A DNA stretch of 31,808 bases. Source: an uncultured archaeon (GTDB taxonomy: Archaea > Asgardarchaeota > Hermodarchaeia > Hermodarchaeales > Hermodarchaeaceae). Below the pieces are notes generated by a model that saw only the letters and a list, made by a program, of their open reading frames with translations, did no database searches and had not been told where the DNA came from. The translations under genes and the position numbers were made by a program. The stretch covers positions 1 through 31,808 of the forward strand of contig CAYFXC010000012.1 in assembly GCA_964347045.1 (NCBI GenBank), given 5' to 3'. Positions 28,131 through 31,808 of this stretch are shown piece after piece. Each line of letters starts with the position of its first letter. The stretch's first letter is position 1.

Positions 28131-28164
28131 GGAGAGCTAGAGTGTGGTGCAACTCTAGCTCTCC
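28131..28164 (+). terminator. Perfect 13-bp inverted repeat downstream of xerA
   Basis: GGAGAGCTAGAGT-GTGGTGCA-ACTCTAGCTCTCC, 15 nt after the stop. No immediate T-tract. Confidence 0.45.
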
Positions 28165-28271
28165 AATACTCTGTTCACTCTACCTTCTTGAAGATATTTT
28201 TGAGCTTTCTATTGATTTGATGTAAAAATTATATCAACGTTCTCTCATAATTTTTCGATTTGTGTTTAATA

Positions 28272-28418
28272 TATTCGATGTAAAGAAAATAATTGATGTA
28301 GCCCTTTTTGTTCAGTATTAGCCTAATCTTTCACATGTAGTTATAAACATATAATAGTCTAAAATAATCTACTAATAGTTATGCAAATATATTGTTAATG
28401 TTTTCGATTAATAGAAGA
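28272..28418. promoter_or_regulatory. Two copies of TWTTCGAT-N2-AWAGAARA site in AT-rich spacer
   Basis: 28272-28289 TATTCGATGTAAAGAAAA and 28401-28418 TTTTCGATTAATAGAAGA. Confidence 0.5.
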
Positions 28419-28596
28419 CACATGATAGATAGATATAGTATAATAATATATTATAAAAAATCAAACTTTGTTAAATAGTTTAACAAAATTACAAAGGAGT
28501 TAACTAATCAGAAACATTATACTTTTACCTAGCGGATTTTTTTAAAAACTTAGCTTTTAAGAGGAGGAACGACAAACAATCTACAGAGAATCTCAA

Positions 28597-29187
28597 GTGA
28601 CACTAATGATTGAAATTGTTAGCCTTGAACAACTCATTAAGACTATGAAGAAGAGCACCGACCCTATGGAAAGGGCACAGGCAGCCCGAGGTATCGGTCA
28701 CCTAAAAAAAGCTGAAGCCGTCGAAGCCCTCCTAGAGGCACTTGGAGATTCTGATTACGACGTAAGGCAAGCGGCGATTTGGGCTCTCGAGCAGATCCGA
28801 GACGAACACCTCGTTGAGGAGCTACTTGATGATTTGAATCACGAAGACCCGGATGTTCGGCGTGGCGTCGTCTATGTTCTCGGTGAAATTGGTGACCGAG
28901 AAGCAGTTGAACCACTTTGTAGCGCACTTGAAGATGAGAACTTGTATGTTCGAAAAACAGCTATTGAAGCATTGGCAGCTATTGGCGATTGGAAAGCTGT
29001 TGACCCAATAATCGCCAGATTAGAAGATGAAGACCTATATGTGCGACAAGCGGCTGCAGTGGCCCTAGGTGAAATGGGAGAAATGCGTGCTGAAGATCCC
29101 CTTCAACGATTACTTCGAACAGAGAAAGAGCTCATTGTACGTCACGCCATTAAGATAGCATTAGCAAAACTTACGGGCGGAGAATAA
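28597..29187 (+). CDS. HEAT/PBS-lyase repeat protein
   Basis: About five 31-aa repeats: L.D.D..VR..A..ALG.IGD..AV.PL. Confidence 0.92.
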   Translation: MTLMIEIVSLEQLIKTMKKSTDPMERAQAARGIGHLKKAEAVEALLEALGDSDYDVRQAAIWALEQIRDEHLVEELLDDLNHEDPDVRRGVVYVLGEIGDREAVEPLCSALEDENLYVRKTAIEALAAIGDWKAVDPIIARLEDEDLYVRQAAAVALGEMGEMRAEDPLQRLLRTEKELIVRHAIKIALAKLTGGE

Positions 29188-29290
29188 AACTTTCCTTCAA
29201 TTATCACGTTTTTATCGAAGCCTTCCTAGCTTGATTTGAAATGAAATTTGTTTGCATAAAATTGTTATACAATTAATGGTATTTTTAGTG

Positions 29291-29399
29291 TTTTCGATTT
29301 AAAGAAAATCAATGATATAGAGTTTAATGTTGTTTTCATCTAAAATATTAATGAAAAATAAATACAAATATTTGTTATAATTATTCGATGAATAGAAAA
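29291..29399. promoter_or_regulatory. Two further copies of the TWTTCGAT-N2-AWAGAAAA site
   Basis: 29291-29308 TTTTCGATTTAAAGAAAA and 29382-29399 TATTCGATGAATAGAAAA. Confidence 0.5.
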
Positions 29400-29661
29400 C
29401 AATTGAGAACAACATAAGGCTGTATCAATTGTTAAAATTACAAATTATATAAAATATGTTAAAATAAAAAGTTAATTAAAAATTTGGTGAGCAACAATTT
29501 CTCTAAATTTAGAAACGATCCATAGGCAGTTTTGATTATCTATTATGAATTTAAGATAAGATTCTAAAGGACTTCAAGAAAAAGAATGATAGAATAGGGA
29601 AAATAATGACTGTTTCCCTATTCCTTTGGTGTTCAATTGACTTGAATTATTAGTGATAGTA

Positions 29662-31524
29662 TTAGTCAGAAATTTTTGCCCCACAAGCAGGGCAAAAGAT
29701 AACGCCAGGAGGTACAGGTGAACCACAATTTAAACAAGTGGTCTCTGGATAGGCTTTAGCAGGTACATCGAATTCATCGGGGGGTGGCGGTAGTTCTTTT
29801 GGTTCCATCTTTGATTCAGTAGGAGGAGTGGATGCGGGCGGGGTGTAACTGGGTTCTCCGCGTCGGAAGATACCGAGTAGGGATTTTAGAAGCCAGATTA
29901 GAGCGTAGAGAGCGATGAGAACGATAATTAGAATCACTGGGATAGACCATGGAATATCGCGCATGATAGTTAGTATAAAGTCAAAGAGACTACCATAAAC
30001 AACGGTGAGAAAAGCTTCATTACTGGCTTTATGCCAGACACGAAGCGAAGCATCTTCAAAGGAGACATTGGTGCGTTGAGCCACATAACTGCCTTCTCCA
30101 TATACTGTTATTTCGTAGGTATGAGTTTCCATCACACCCGGTGCAATTGAAGTCCAGTTGGCTGTAAGGCTTCCATCGACGGTTATTCCACCAAAGGGAA
30201 AGCCTTCGTAGAGTTGCCAACTTTCAGAATCATCAAGATTGACGTTATATACGGTCTGATTTGGATCAATGTTTTCAAGTGTTATCGTAACTGTTGCTGT
30301 ACCTCCAACTGCAATTATAGGGGTAATCGTTTTCGAGATGGTAAGACCCGGCGGAAAGTCGCCTTCAAAGTTAACGATGATATTGGAAACACTAGACACA
30401 TTTAGCCAGTGACCAGTGGATCGGATTACCATAGGTCCTTCAGGTCCTGTTGTGTTCACCATGTCAGTGGGTGTATAGGAAGTGATGTTAACGCCAAGAG
30501 GGAATAACATAGTGAATTCAAATGCTTCCAAGGTGGCACCCATTTCAATGTTACCCAAATGACCAGTGAAATCATTGACATCGAAAGTTTGCTCAGTTGT
30601 ACCGAAGAATTTGTCTTGATGTTGACTCCCCCATGCAGCAAAAGTGATAGCTTCAGACGGCTGCATGGCTGTTTTCATAGGCATTGGTGTGGGACTTCCG
30701 CCCATAATTGCAAAATTGATGAAGCCGGACAATCCTATTCCGCCGATGGAATCCTCAGCCAGTGTGTTAGTGACTAATGCGGTTCCACCATAACGGGAAG
30801 CACCCAAAGTTCCCATATATGCTTCGAACTGGTTGCGTCCTTGAATATCAACAGGATCTGGACTAGGAAAACCATAGAAGCCGTAAGCTTCGATGCCTAG
30901 AGTCATGTTGGGAATTGGTAGAGCCAGGCCAAAGATTCGTTCAAAAGGTGTTGCGAGGGTTTCTTCGAATTCAAGATGAATAGCATGTCCCCAATTCTGG
31001 ATTTCGGCAGGACTACCACCCATGAAGATCATGAGTATGGCATTTGATGGTAACATATCTAGAAGCTCATAGAGCATATCTAGTTCTGAGCCGCCTCCGC
31101 CACTAGTGTCATTAGTAATAATGGAAAGAAGCCCATCAAGGACAGTTTGGTATTCACCCCATCGAAAAATGGATAGAGCAAGAAGGCATTCTTGATATGG
31201 TGGAGCAGTGATTGTATAATCACCAACATCACCCACAGCCATAATTGTGCTCGTCATTGATCCGTCGGGATTCACCATAAAGGCAGTTAAATCTGCTTCA
31301 CCCTCCATAGTGAAGTTTTGAGCACGCATAGCTGAATGCGTGGGCTTAATTAGGAATTCAGTTGTTTCAGATTGCATGACAGGAGGAATGACTATTGGTT
31401 TGCTAAGAGCGACAGGAAACAAGAATCCACTTATAATAAATAGGAAACCTAAAGCGGTAATCGTGAATAAGAGAGGGAGTTTTTTACTGGAAAAATTTTG
31501 GTTAACATTATGCGTTCGTTTCAT
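29662..31524 (-). CDS. Membrane-anchored surface protein with Ig-like (DUF11/BatD-like) domain, TM, Pro-rich tail and C-terminal zinc ribbon
   Basis: N-terminal signal/TM, LTISKTI...GGTATVTITLEN...YNVNLDD, TM helix, CLNC...FCPACG. Confidence 0.8.
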   Translation of the reverse strand: MKRTHNVNQNFSSKKLPLLFTITALGFLFIISGFLFPVALSKPIVIPPVMQSETTEFLIKPTHSAMRAQNFTMEGEADLTAFMVNPDGSMTSTIMAVGDVGDYTITAPPYQECLLALSIFRWGEYQTVLDGLLSIITNDTSGGGGSELDMLYELLDMLPSNAILMIFMGGSPAEIQNWGHAIHLEFEETLATPFERIFGLALPIPNMTLGIEAYGFYGFPSPDPVDIQGRNQFEAYMGTLGASRYGGTALVTNTLAEDSIGGIGLSGFINFAIMGGSPTPMPMKTAMQPSEAITFAAWGSQHQDKFFGTTEQTFDVNDFTGHLGNIEMGATLEAFEFTMLFPLGVNITSYTPTDMVNTTGPEGPMVIRSTGHWLNVSSVSNIIVNFEGDFPPGLTISKTITPIIAVGGTATVTITLENIDPNQTVYNVNLDDSESWQLYEGFPFGGITVDGSLTANWTSIAPGVMETHTYEITVYGEGSYVAQRTNVSFEDASLRVWHKASNEAFLTVVYGSLFDFILTIMRDIPWSIPVILIIVLIALYALIWLLKSLLGIFRRGEPSYTPPASTPPTESKMEPKELPPPPDEFDVPAKAYPETTCLNCGSPVPPGVIFCPACGAKISD

Positions 31525-31545
31525 TTATGATCAACACCATTTTTT

Positions 31546-31808
31546 CTAATTGCGGACGGGTATGAGCAGACGCCCGATGAAACCTCCAATCACTGTAGCA
31601 ACGACTAAGATAATGAAATTAAATATTGGCGGTAGGACTATGGTATTCACCAGATATGCTTGTAATAATGTGACTAGTGCATCCGGATCTACTCCGGTAC
31701 CACCAATTATATCTCCTAAGCCACCTGTGGCTGATTCGATGAGAGGCCCTATTACTGGAGCATCCAAGATATCAAACAAGGAGACATTAGGTGGTATACT
31801 TGATAGCA
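31546..31808 (-). CDS. Membrane protein, 5'-truncated by window edge
   Basis: The frame stays open to the window end. Hydrophobic C-terminus ...ATVIGGFIGRLLIPVRN. Confidence 0.65.
   Translation of the reverse strand, partial: LSSIPPNVSLFDILDAPVIGPLIESATGGLGDIIGGTGVDPDALVTLLQAYLVNTIVLPPIFNFIILVVATVIGGFIGRLLIPVRN

Noticed and set aside
379-31549. Numerous short antisense or overlapping ORFs in the track (e.g. 1056..1574, 8165..8422, 12530..12907, 14945..15301, 25983..26366)
   Set aside because: They overlap well-supported genes and have no recognisable motifs, so they are treated as shadow ORFs.

Overview
This 31.8-kb window is archaeal, most likely from an Asgard archaeon. The evidence is a Rab-like small GTPase translationally coupled to a longin-like protein, an IPGFP-TM-RRRK surface-sorting tail, an XerA-type recombinase, HEAT-repeat proteins and TATA-type promoters. 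I recognised no rRNA, tRNA, CRISPR array or intact transposase. The most striking unannotated structure is at about 5.1-9.2 kb. Five same-orientation copies of a ~29-49 bp non-coding site (core TTTTACTCACAAACCCAAGCCTTACTGAA) separate 0.7-1.25 kb modules of one or two accessory genes: SnoaL cyclase + DUF4440, HapK/EthD-like, Fe-S protein and SAM methyltransferase. The copies decay from left to right. This looks like a gene-cassette array built by repeated site-specific insertion, but the site is not a canonical integron attC or dif site. A second repeat family (TGTGCAAGTKRCCCMT) brackets small-gene modules at 23.6-25.3 kb next to a decayed HNH nuclease. A palindromic TTTTC-N8-GAAAA motif occurs six times in AT-rich spacers, including next to xerA. 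Product calls come from motif recognition by eye, not database searches.
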